A DNA stretch of 64,000 nucleotides, from assembly GCA_907165135.1 (NCBI GenBank), contig OU015566.1, positions 6,572,001 to 6,636,000 of the forward strand, read 5' to 3'. The first letter of the stretch is position 1. Each line of letters begins with the position of its first letter. The notes under the pieces were generated by a model that saw nothing but the letters and a program-made list of their open reading frames with translations, was not told the DNA's origin and did not search any database. The position numbers and the translations under genes are program-made. Origin of the DNA: Oikopleura dioica. Taxonomy: Eukaryota > Animalia > Chordata. Positions 34,038 to 47,394 of this stretch are shown piece after piece.

Positions 34038-34700
34038 TCATAAGAGGCGCAGGACTTTCCACTTGCGCTCCTCGATCGGACCATACGATCGGACTTTGTA
34101 TTCTCTTATCAAACTGCTGAGACATAAAATTTCGCCTCTCAAAGGAGGTTTCCTGGGCAGGGTCTAATGTCCAAGCGCAGGCGCATCAAGAAAGTCAATA
34201 TTTACGAAAAAACGAGTTGATTCTCGTTCAATTTGTTTGCATACTGCTCGAAGAGTCAGGCACACCCCTCTACTTTCCGGCGTGGTACTCACTTGCTGGT
34301 TTTTCTCATGAAAAGTTTCTCAAGAAAATGTGAATCCGGTCCTATTCGACTTGTAGGAACCACTTGTTGCTGTCCACCATTCGGTTCTTCCACGGATACC
34401 ACTGATCCGACTTCCTCGAACTGATAAGGCCCCGCATGAATCCACTGAGGATGTTGAATGAAATACCCGTCCGTATTTGGAAATCTGTACATTTTTCGCT
34501 TACTAAGAAGAATTCAAAGATTTTCAGGTTGTTGGCGAGACTTACTTGTGGCGGGAAGAGTAGACTTTTGAACCTTTTTCCTTTGAACTTTGCCTTTGTA
34601 AAATCTGCGTTCTCTTTTCTTGTGGACTTTCTCTGCTGAACTTGGGACATTGGACGGGCCTTCTGTGATAAGCTTTAGGTGAAAAGACCCTCTGAGATGG
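34038..34700 (-). CDS. Hypothetical spliced exons upstream of HNF4 (separate small gene or extended HNF4 N-terminus)
   Basis: Open exons with consensus GTAAGT/GTGAGT donors (..VYSSRHK / FPNTDGYFIQHPQWIHAGPYQ...RKTS). No recognisable domain. Confidence 0.35.
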
Positions 34701-34898
34701 AGAAGACCTCCTCCTTTAGTTTTGATTTGCTTCGAGCGAGGATGTTGTTATTTTCTACTGCATATTCTCATCAATGTATTATCACCAAGTGGCAATTAAA
34801 TATCTTCGCAGGTGGGATTTGCATCTTGCGTAAGGGTGTTACTTATCTTGAAGGACCTGAGTCAACCTTGCAGAAAAACTAAGAGAGAGATTAAGAGG

Positions 34899-35536
34899 AT
34901 GAAAGTTTTATTGGCTACGGGGTTTATCTGCAGTAAGAATCTTTAGTTCGATTCCTTGTTGAACCCTGAAAAGGCCGTTGACAGTACAGTCGCGTCTGTT
35001 GTTGCCCTAGATGAGTACAGCCGTAGAATTCATTCACCAGACAAAGAGCTCTTATTAGTCCATATTTGCCAGGTAATTATAAGATCCCTATCATTGAAAA
35101 GGCTATTAACGCGTCTGAGACAATAGACAAAAACTTCCAACGACGACATCCGTGGTCGCAGTAGTCACGAGGTCTTGGAAAAGCTTCTTGCTGGAGAAGA
35201 GCGAGCGAATGCAATCAAGGAAGATTTTATAGAAAGGGTTCGTAAGAGGCTCAATGATTTATCTGAAGCTCAAAAAGAACCCTCAAAAGAATTCGCCGCT
35301 AGAAAGAAGATCAATATTATTGGATTCAAGATATTCATGATCGACGAAAAGATCCAATTGGTGCTAAAATTGTTTCCTGCGCTCATAGTGAAGGTTGCGA
35401 TTTGATTGTGATTGGAACTGGGAAACCTGAGACTAACAGACCGTTTGGCTCTACTTCTGATTATATAGTTCATCATTCGTGGGTTCCCGTGATGATTTGC
35501 CCTGTAACTGCCAGTTACATTCGAGACAAAATGTAA
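34899..35536 (+). CDS. Universal stress protein (UspA-like), 152 aa, four exons
   Basis: Exons 34899-34913, 34974-35072, 35127-35237 and 35303-35536 give MKVLLAVDSTVASVVALDEYSRRIHSPDKELLLVHI...IGAKIVSCAHSEGCDLIVIGTG...FGSTSDYIVHHSWVPVMIC. Confidence 0.85.
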
Positions 35537-35617
35537 TTCTTTTTAGTTATTAATAATAATAACTAATTATATTTTATCAATAAAAGTAATTGTCAGGAAT
35601 AAAACAAAGATTTGGTT

Positions 35618-37614
35618 TTATGCGTTTGGCACAAATATTTTTGCAAAATAATTCGAATTGTTGTGATTGTCTATCCGATTTCTCAAATTCTCAGCACGTT
35701 TTTGAGTCTTTTCAAGTTTTTCTTCTGTCTCTTCTAAATCGTCCTTCAAGTCATCAATTCGCTCCTCTAGTTTTTCAACATTGCGCTCATTCTTTTTCCT
35801 CTCATGATTCAGCTCAGATCTATGTGAAGATCTTGCTGAATTGAGCTCCGACTTTAGGTATTCTCGTTGTTTTGAGGCTTCATCTTGCTCTCGTTTGAGT
35901 TGCTTTTCGAAACTAGTCCTCATCTCACGCATTTGTCGATCTAGATTGCTTCTAGTATTTTGATGATCTTGCCGTTCTCGCTCGAGTTGGCTCTTTGTAT
36001 TTGCATGATTGTTTTGCTCTGATCGAAGCTGGTTTTCCGCATTCGTCGCTCTTGTTTGTTCTCTTTTGAATTTTTCCTCATGAAACTTCACAATCTTCGT
36101 AAGAGCTGAAGCGATTTTTTCAGTGAAGTACTCGTTGATTTTTCTTCTAAAGAGGTCATCATATTGTTCAGGGAGCAAAAATTTTCGCTCTTTGTTTGTC
36201 TCGAAAAACGGGCTTAACTTAAAGTTATCGTATATTAATTTTGAAAAATTACTTTTGTATGGCCTTAAAATCCATGCAACTTTCCGTGCAATGTGACGTT
36301 ATTAGTTTATCAGCATGCTCCTTGGCTTGTTCGAGTTGTGTTTTGTAGTGATTGTCAGCGCTTAACGAGAAAAATTAAGAAGCAAATATTTTGAAGATGA
36401 CGTTTATAATTCGATTTTTTATGAATCCTTATATACATACTTTGTTGAAACAATTGTTTTCATGGTCGGCATTTTCCCGTCTCTGAAGATGTTTGCGTAG
36501 CTCTTGAAGAAATCGAAGACATCACGGATTTTCAATTCTCCGTCGCTTAGATTCCTTTTTGGAGCAATATTGTCAACAATCGAAGTGACAAGCAGTTTGA
36601 TGTTCTCGACGAAGTCTTTGTCAAGTGATTTGACATTGCCATCAAACTTCCTTATTGTTCCCGGATGAGGGATGCAAAACGCTCGAAAGTCCTGAGAATA
36701 AAATGTTATAATTATTCAAAAATTTTTAATTACCTCAAAACAATCTGAGAAATCGATCTTCTTGTCCTGCTTTTGAACAATAGTGTCAAGCAGCTCTTGG
36801 CCTTCTTCGAATCCAAATTCATCGCTGTGTTCTATTAATTATCATTTTTTAATGACTTGGGTACTGTAAACTCACCGTAGTCCCGGACAGTAAAAATGAA
36901 ATCCTGAAACGGTTTGACCGTCATTCGATCCTTGATTGCAAGTCTACCAATTTCCGTAAAAAGATGAAGATTCGCAATGTCATTTGCGTCGATTTGTCGC
37001 GTGACATTTGCTAGTTGAACACTAAAATGTCGTTCGAATTTGACCAAGAAGAAGTTTTACCTAGCAAAAAATGTCGAGAGCGAATAAATAAGTGCGCTGT
37101 CATTGTATTTTCGTGATCGAAGGCGCCCTCTGTGTCAATCAACATAACACCGATCTCTTTCTTTATATGGAATGAAAATAATTTAATGTTAAAACACTTT
37201 TTATGGTATCAATAATCAAATTTTCCCCGTAACTGTTCTTTTGTCTTTAGCGTAAAAATCTTTGACGAGCAGTAGACACCTTGCGTTTCTCTCTCTAAAA
37301 AATAAATGAGGAAAAACCGGAAAGTAATCGCTACCTTTTCCAGACCGATATTTAAAGCAGTCTTCAATGTAGAACTCATCATCGTCCCAAACATTTTTGC
37401 CCATTTCTAGCGCAGCAAGGTGTTTGTAGAAAACGCTTTGAAGGAAGGACTTGCCTGTTCGATAAGCGCCGACGATGGAAATAACTGCAATCGGCATTGA
37501 ATCCGATTTAGCAGTACCCAGGACTTTTTTCAAAGCCACTTCATCAAGGATGAATTTCCTTGATTTATTGCCACTCTCTTCAATGTCGTCGGTTTTGATC
37601 AACTGAACGCTCAT
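35618..37614 (-). CDS. Atlastin/GBP-like large GTPase with C-terminal coiled coil and no TM; frameshift near 37100
   Basis: VISIVGAYRTGKSF (G1), RSGKERETQG (G2), LIDTEGAFD (G3), DIANLHLFTEIGRLA, KPFQDFIFTVRDY (G4) and PHPG...FDG...DFVENIK, followed by a hydrophilic coiled-coil tail. Confidence 0.85.
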
Positions 37615-37944
37615 GTTCGAATGATTATCTCGTTGAATCGAGCTCGTATTTATGCAATTTTCTTTTCCCTTTTTTTATTGATTGTTAGTTTCAATTGAAG
37701 AAATACAAATATACAATCATCAAGGATATTTAGAGATCTTAACGCACATCCAAAAGGAAAGTGGCGCCATTAAATTGAATTGCTATTAGAACAAATAGAA
37801 AGGGCGCGTCAGAATTTTGGCGAAATACTGTTTTATCCTGCAACTAAGAAGCTCATTTTTCCTAAAAATTTGCAAAAGAATCGAAATTATGATTCGTTGG
37901 AACGAATAATTTATTTATTATGAGTTCAGAACAGGAAAAGTCAA

Positions 37945-39150
37945 TCAGTCATTGCTTTCCGTAAAAATTGAAGATGCGACTGAACACATAATTGACCCGT
38001 AACACATTTCATCTTCGCAGAAATATCCACGAGCAGCGGTGTTGATCTGTGGTGCGAAGGGGTTGGTCATCTCGTCAAGTTCTGATAGCGCTCCATCAAC
38101 GGTGAGTGCAGCAACGTCGAGTATAGTGATGAGGTTGTCGAGGATAGCGTCTAAAAATTAGAATTCAATTACGTTGAGCGCTTTCTTTGCACTGTGGACT
38201 TCAGGATTTCTCATTTTGTGGGGCTTTACCTGAGTCAGCGTAGCTATCAACGACTGGAACTTTGCCCGCAACTGTGTTGAAAATATCAGTGTTCTTCTTT
38301 ACAGTTGTAGACCAGTTGTCAATGATTATTTTGGGAACAAACTTGAGTTTCTTCTGAGTAGCAACAATGAAACCAAGATCTCCACTGCAAAATTCTTCGT
38401 GAATATTAACAATTCGACTATTATATTCATCTGTAGTATCTTTGGCAGCGTCTTCGTACATCTGAAGGTACTCATTCCATTCTTCCCAGACGAAAAGACC
38501 CTTCTGAACAATCATAGAGGAGCGTTGAATTCCTTCAGTAAGAATATCAGGATCTATGAAGTTGTAGACGTCGTTGAAGGTGATGGCAGCATCCATGATA
38601 TTTCCGGCAGCACCAGCAATGTTTTTGAAGTTAATGTTATCATCGTAAATATCCTTGAAAACTACCATTGACTCAGTAATTGCGAGGGAAGCGTTGGTCA
38701 ATAACTCAAGTTTAGCGGGGTCGAGGTCAGCAGTGAGCTCCTCGGCGATCTTGTCGAAGTCAATCCCGTAGAGCGCGCTGTCAGGATTATTGATCTCGTC
38801 GACAAAAATCTCGAGAAGGTCGTTTGGAGTCAAGCGTAGGTTCCAAATAAGTCTGTAAGCAATTTTCTTCAGCACTCTGACAACATCGGCGTTTTCGATG
38901 GTAGCCAATGAGGAAATAAATTCATCAAAGTCGGGTGTAGCTTTGGCGTCAGCGTGAAGTTGACCCTGAACCTTCTCAAAAAGACTAGTGACTTGGCCGG
39001 TCCCTAGCAAGATTACATCGGCCATTCGGTCAAAGGCCGGATCAAAAGGAGTCCATGCATTTGCCCTACCGTATATGATGACATCATGAATTCAAAAATG
39101 ATCTCTGGTACTTACGATACGCCAATCGTCAAAAATCTAGACAGCTTCAT
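37945..39150 (-). CDS. Secreted acidic helical protein of unknown family, tandem paralogue A
   Basis: Signal MKLSRFLTIGVS/ANA and three exons. Clearly homologous to 39508-40654 (e.g. ATQKKLKFVPKIIIDNW vs ATQEKLKFVPNVVIDNW; QINTAARGYFC). Confidence 0.8.
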
Positions 39151-39507
39151 GATTTGAGAGTGATTTAACTAAGTAATTTTTTACGTTTTCCTTTTCAACA
39201 AGTATCTCTATACGGTATCTTTCCCTTTTGATTGCATTACGAGAAGTACAAATATTCAATAATGATGCATTGAATACTTAGAGATTCTTAGTCAGAGCAG
39301 AAAAGGTCGTGGACTTCCGGAGAGTGGCGCTATGAGATTAAATTTCTATCAGAGCAAATAGTTGAAAATATGAATAAATTGCAATAAGAAAATATTGAGT
39401 TTATTTGGTGTCATATCTGAACAACCGTGCACGTAAGTCAGTCAACCATTTCAGTAGAGATTGATTATGCAACTGAACATGTAACTGAGGCGTAAGAAAA
39501 CGCCAGT

Positions 39508-40654
39508 TTAGCAGAAGTATCCGCGGGCAGCGGTGTTGATCTGAGAAGCGAAGGGAAGGGTCATTGCGTAGAGCTCGGTGAGAGTTCCATCGACGGAGAG
39601 CATGGCGACATCGAGTTGAGCGATGAGGGTGTCGAGAATAGTGTCTAAATCTTATTGAAAGTTTGGAAAACCTGTTCTGACTTCTATTTACGGACTAACT
39701 ACTGTACCCGCTAACTACAGTAATACTGTAATAATAAATACCTGAGACAGCGTAGTTTTCGACAACTGGAATATTTTCAACAAGAGTGTTAAAGATATCA
39801 ACGCTCTTCTTGACTGGAGTAGTCCAGTTATCAATGACGACGTTGGGAACGAACTTGAGTTTTTCCTGAGTAGCCTTGATAATGCCAACGTCTCCGTTGC
39901 AGAATCGTTCGTCGGTATCGACGACTCGTCGGTTGTATTCGTTCATGGTGAGATCGACCGCATCTTCGTACATGTAAAGGTATTCCTTCCATTCTTCCCA
40001 GACGAAGAGACCCTTCTCGGCAATGACTGAGGTGTAGAAAAGACCCTGAGTAAGAGTATCGCTATCGGTGAAGCTGTAGACGTCGTTGAGAGTGATAGCA
40101 GCATCCATGATATCAGCGAAGGAGCCGACGATGTTGTGGAGGTTGATGTCGCCATTGTAAAGATCCTGGAAAACACCGGCTGACTCAGTCATAGCAAGAA
40201 GAGCATTATTGAATGGCTCGATATGAGCAGGGTCAAGGTTGGCGGTGAATTCCATACCGACTTGGCTCAAGTCCATGCCATAGAATTCACTGTTAGGATC
40301 TTGGATTTCTGCGTCAAAAATCTGGACGAGATCGTCTGGGGTAAGCCCGCCATCCAAAAGAAGCTCGATATCGATGCTCTTGAGCACTCGGACGACATCG
40401 GCATTATCGATGGCTTTGAATTTTGTGATGAACTCATCAAAGACGGGGGTAGCATCACCAGCAGCTGAGAGCTCGCCCTGGATGCTCTCGAAGAGACCAG
40501 TAACTTGGCTCATGATGAGACTTGCCATCTGGTCGTAGACGGGGTCCAGGAGGGTCCAAGCATGTGTGCTAGATCAATGATAAAACCTGCATGCAAACTT
40601 TATCTCTAGAACTTACGAGACGGCGCCAAGCGACAAAAATTTAAGAAGCTTCAT
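39508..40654 (-). CDS. Secreted acidic helical protein of unknown family, tandem paralogue B
   Basis: Signal MKLLKFLSLGAVS/THA, with the same intron positions as paralogue A. Ends SQINTAARGYFC*. Confidence 0.8.
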
Positions 40655-41202
40655 TTTGACTTGAAGAGTGAATTAGCCAAGTAGAACATGCTTTTTATAA
40701 ACGCGATTAGCAAATATAACTTCGATTCTGTACCATTGTTGAAGTCCCTTTCATTATCAAAAGCTTCCGAAGTGCGTGAATTTCCACTCGGGAAAGAGTC
40801 GATCAATACAATGTCTCATCTGGAGATGAAAATATAAGCGGATATCCAGGGCATTAATAAAACCTGCAATGGTTACCAACATTGAAAACTATTAAAATGA
40901 GTGGGCTACTCTGCTTTCCTTCATGGATGCTTGTCGATCTGCGAAACTGTTGTCAAATGATTTTCAAATATGATAATCACTTGATTATCGATTTGGAAAT
41001 GGAAGATTTTATTTGAAGTTGGGGCATGTAAAATATATATTTAGAATAAGTAAGATTTCAGGCACAGACATTTGTTTTCGTTTTCAGAGGAAGGCACAGC
41101 TTGGGAATAGAGTCAGATAGATGGTCAACAATGATATTAGTTCTTTTTTAAATAAGTAAAGTTAAATGAGTTCGTTTAAGATCTTCGTTGAATGATGAGT
41201 AT

Positions 41203-44200
41203 TTAAATAAGTCGAAACTTTTGGAGGGAGTGTGCAAGAAGGCGGTAGACGAATTCGTACTGTTCGAAGTAGGGAACATAGTTGGAGTTGGATTTTCGGA
41301 TGGATGTAAGAAGCTCATTGACTTTCGGTGGAACTTCTAAATTTTGTGAGAAGAAAGATGGCAAATTCAAGAGCTTACGGGAATAATAGGCTCCGAATCG
41401 GACGAGTCTGGAAAGAACAAACGCTCCAGAAAACAGCTCTACATTATCAGACACAATCGTGACGGGGTATTTGCGGCGCTTGAGGTTGAAAATTTTGCTC
41501 AACTCATCATCGACATCACTAATTGGAAAAGTAAAGAAACTATGACAATAGGGAAGGTCTTACCAGAAGCTTTGGATTGAGGTAGGAAAAGGGCGGCCAG
41601 AATGATCGAAGATTGGAACTACTTGAAAATAATAGAGCTTTCGTTTTTTGGACTCGCGGGAGGTGAATTTGCGGAAGACGTTGAGTTGGCGAGAGATTAT
41701 CGAGGCATCTTCGATCGGTTGAATACGATTTCTGGGAACACAAGTTATCTACTGAAATCAAGGAAGAACTTACCTAATTTCATACTCTCCGTTGATGATA
41801 TCCTCATTCGCATAATCGACTGCACCAGATAAATGAATAATAATCGTCGATTTCTCCCTCCAAACAGTCTTCCAGAAATCATGAATGTCATCCTTTGTTT
41901 TCGGCGTTGTCAGACACAAAAATTGGTGGTCTAATCCATCAAAAGGTACAGACACTCGCGCCGTTTTCTGAGCAAACTGGTCGCTTTTGATTGATGCGAA
42001 CTCGTGGCGTAATTCCGCTTCTGAGGTTAACTTTTGTTCCACCCCGTCGAGTGAGGAAATCTGTGGAGAACTCTCTTTTGAGCTTTCTTTCGAGTTTTTC
42101 ACCATTTCCGCCACATCTGCCGGCCCTTGGTAAATGCCCTCGTTCGTCATCATTTGCTCCGTTAGAATAGTTTTTTTCTACAAAAAAAACTCGCTGACAA
42201 CTGTACAAAAACGCGAGTTACCTTCACTTCAAGAGTCTTTAGTCCACCATCGACAACATTCTTCACTGCCAGTTCATGCTGTCCTTCTTCATCGGGGACA
42301 ACGACCATCGTTTGCGACGAAGTCACAGACATTGTTTTTCCATGAATTAGTTCCGGCTTCGCTTTGCCTAGTTCAAAGTCTGGCTTTGCTGGTAGAATGT
42401 TCTCGGGGTTCCATTGTTTCGCTCGGGAGACGTATTCTTCGTAAGTTGGCACTTTGCGGATGCTCGGTTGGATGCGCGGTGGAACGCGAGACTGAGTCAT
42501 TTGGGAATAGCTCTGGAAGTCTGGAGGAGGAAGGTTGTTCACTACGTTTTGGTTTTGATCCCGCATGCCTAGAGAATGATTTGAATGGGATTCTTTTGAA
42601 AAAGACGTACTTAGGCCTTCATAAGAGGATCCAAGACCCATTGCCATTGGCGGTGCTTCTTCGACATCGTAGAGGCTATTTTTTGATTTAGAAATATATC
42701 TAGCGTTTTGAGCGGCAGCGGGATACATATTATAACGAGCTTGTTGTGTGACAGCGAGATGCAGCCGTGAGCGCGAGCCGAGGCCCTCTTGATTCAGGCT
42801 TCTTTGAGAGCTTTTCAAATGGATTAAAATTTATTTCGAAGCGAATTTATCGGTTAAAAGATGAAGCAATCAATTTGATTTGTGATAGCAATTTTTAGTC
42901 CTGCCTTGTGTATTCTTCGTATGAAGGTAGCGTTGGTGGTTGGGGTTTAGCAGGCTGTGTTGGAGTTGGAGTCTTAGGTACAAAAACTGGCCCGGCATCG
43001 ATTGAGGCGAAGTTAGGGGAGACGGAAAAGCCGCTGAATTTGTGCAGATGTTCTGGAGTCGAAGTCGAAAACTCAGAATAGCGCTGAAGATTCAGGAAAG
43101 AAAGATCATTGATGATGTTTCTTACCTGCAAGCCATGGTAGTTGAATCCAGTGTTGTGAGCATGTCGACTTGACTGTCCGTTGGTGTTCGTTGGGAGGTT
43201 TCTTTCGGACGTTGACATAAGGTTTTGAGTCACGAGATCAGGCGAAGAAATGGCCTTGAATTCATTGAAAATCTCGGAAATATTTATTGCCAATCTTACC
43301 ACAGAATCGTCGTATTGAGGTCTGTTATACATCTGTCCTTGTTTTCTGTAGCGATTATGCGTATCCACCATCGATTGTGGTCGCTGCTTGTTTCCAAGTC
43401 TTGTATAAAATGTTAGATATAATGGAAATACAGAGAGAACTCTTGATGTTAGAAAAAACTTGTTTTTCTGTTAGATGGAGTTTCGCTAGATTAGTCCTGC
43501 TTTCAGGAGTCCTTTTTTGGCAATGATAATAAGTGACCACCAACGATAAGTATTTTTTGTACAAATCTATCTGGAAGAGTATTAGATTGTATAAAAATTG
43601 GGATTCTTCACCGAGAGGGATGAGTTGACCTCCTTTTACCTTTTGCGCGTTTTCTCGAACCGGGTTTGGTAGTGATTTTGGTTCGATCTGATTATTTTTA
43701 TTTTCTTTTGTGCATAACATTGTGCAAGTGACTTTTACAGAAAGAACTAAACTAAGAGTGTGTACCTGAGACTTTGAGGTCGTTGAATATGAACTGCTCT
43801 TTGGCGGCAAGCGTCTTTGTAGTCTGGCGGAGAGACGTAAGTAGGAGGGCTTTGAACAGAATTGAGACTTGCCAAAGAGTTGCCAACAGAGTTTTGGACT
43901 TGTTCGTTGTCTACAGCTTGGTCTCTCAAATGAACTTGTTGATTTTTCCTCAATGTTGGTCGACGTTCTAGTTGATACTCGCTCTTCAGTTGTCGATCGC
44001 CTTGAATTGGTTTCGTCGCTTCGGGATTTTCGTTGTAGAAGCCGATTCTAGCGTGAAAGAGTTTCGCCGTGTATTTTGTGAAGTCAGAATCGTCCAGAAA
44101 GTACTGCAGCGGGGAGGGTTCGTTGACCAATCTTAGGGCAAGAGTTGAGCCGCGAAAATCGACTTTTTTGACGGTTTCCCATTTGAAGGTTCTTTCCACG

Positions 44201-45046
44201 TCTGACTTTTCTATGACGCCTTCGAAGCTCGATCCGATGGAGATTCGCTTTCCAGAGGCATCTTGAACTGGAGTATGTTCCTCGGCGTATCCTTCCAGTC
44301 CTTCGCAAATTTGAAGATAGAGCATTTCAGCATCGCCCTTGAAAGTTCCCGTCAGTTGTTTGTATGCATCAATAGCCTTTTCGATCAGATAGATTTCGTC
44401 GTTCGCCATGGAATTGGGAAAGAGGTAAAAGTGACGTAAGAAATCCACGGTGTGTTTTTCCGGATCGTAGTCGCCTTCTTCGGCTTGCAGGGAATATGCG
44501 GCTAAGGTTACGCTTTCCAGAGATACTGAGATAGAAGAGTCGAAAGGTGGTAATAAAGTATATAGAAAAAATAGTTACTGTAAGTTCGATAAAATTCAAA
44601 TTTGTATCTTTCCTAGTATTTTTGTCCAAAATAAGATTGTCATCGAAAACATCGTTTCGAATCTGCAGAAAGTAAAAGTATCTGGTCTGCTCCTCCTCGA
44701 AAATTAACGGACTCGCGACGTAAAACATAAATCGCAGGTAAAGGACATTCGTTCCAGCATTTGAGAGCTGTCTTTTGAGAGGTTTGTTCAAGTCGATCCA
44801 TCGGGGACTTTTGTGTTCGTTTTTCGTCGATCTTGGTACGACTTTCAGCCCGAAATATTTTGTTTCCGTGAAGTTTAGTTTCGCCTGGATGTACTGGATG
44901 CAGTCCAGGCCAGTTGGTTTCCCATCTAATGGCCAGTCGAGGCTTGTCTTGTCGAGGAGGACGATTTGCACGAGACGGGAGTTCTTCTTTGCCAAGTTGT
45001 ACTGCCCCCTGATCGATGGTAAGAATGTAAAGTCAATCCGCGGCAT
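41203..45046 (-). CDS. PTPN14: FERM + PTP-fold protein, PTPN14/PTPN21 (Pez) orthologue; catalytic motif degenerate
   Basis: N-terminus RGQYNLAKKNSRLVQIVLLD, RWIDLNKPLKRQL, TRYFYFLQIRNDV and LAAYSLQAEEGDYD; a linker with PPTY and PPDY; a PTP remnant HDFWKTVW; and a C-terminal QYEFVYRLLAHSLQKFRLI* like the PTPN14/21 SRLI end. Confidence 0.85.
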
Positions 45047-45324
45047 GGCAAGGAGATCATCTCATTTAAATCTTTCCGCGAGTCCGGCAAAAAATCAGAA
45101 TTCAACGCTCTAAAATTTGGTAAAACAGGTATTTTTCTCGAATAAATTCAGATTTATTTGAAGCATTTTAAACCATGTTTTTAATTTGAAATTATCAATA
45201 CAGGAAGAGAAAGGGAGAAAAGTACATGTACTGAACAATAAGAACGTGTAGAAATACTGTAGTAACTGTCGAAGAAGAAAATACTGATTGGGCAGAAGGA
45301 AGGAATCTTTTCTTGTAGCAAAGA

Positions 45325-46745
<1,421 letters not shown>

Positions 46746-47394
46746 TCTGAAAACGCAAATTTCATTAAAAAACGAAAATTTTCAATCAAACAAAATTTCT
46801 GTCAAAAATTTCTCAGTAAAAATGTCATTTTAAAGCGTGGTGTTGATTCTTCTGTACTTTAGTTCTCTCAAAAACAGTCCACTTTCATTTAGGCCAGCGG
46901 GGTTCCTGTAAACAATCTTTCGAAAATATTTTCCAGCCAGACATTACTCGCCGTTTTGACTCACGCTGATTCAGAAAATTGACTACTCAGCGTCTTTTTT
47001 TCTCTCAGAACGCCCATTTTTTGCAAAAAAAGAGAAACATGATTTTTTCAATAGTGTATTTTTGAAACTGAGAATACTGTAAATAATGTTACTGTAATGC
47101 ATTTTGGAGTGAACTGCATTTTTGTCAGGAGAAAATGGCGCTTTTTTCAGTAAAGAAAAGGAGATTTTTCGATCCAGAGGATGAAAAAGAGCTGGAAGCA
47201 AAAGGAAAAGTTTAGCACAGAAAATAATACTTTTAAAAAGTTGGTTCGGCAATTTTTGAAATGAAAGATGTTTCGCTTTGTTTAGGAACTTGGAGGAGTA
47301 ATACTGCGATTGCACCACTACGGGGAAATTGGTAGGGTTACAGTTAATTTATAATTATAAGTTAGATGAACAGAGGAAGTTTCTTCTTGGTAGT

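Noticed and set aside
40700-41100. Possible small minus-strand exons between the secreted pair and PTPN14
   Set aside because: Only short open frames and no coherent model; probably UTR or promoter DNA.
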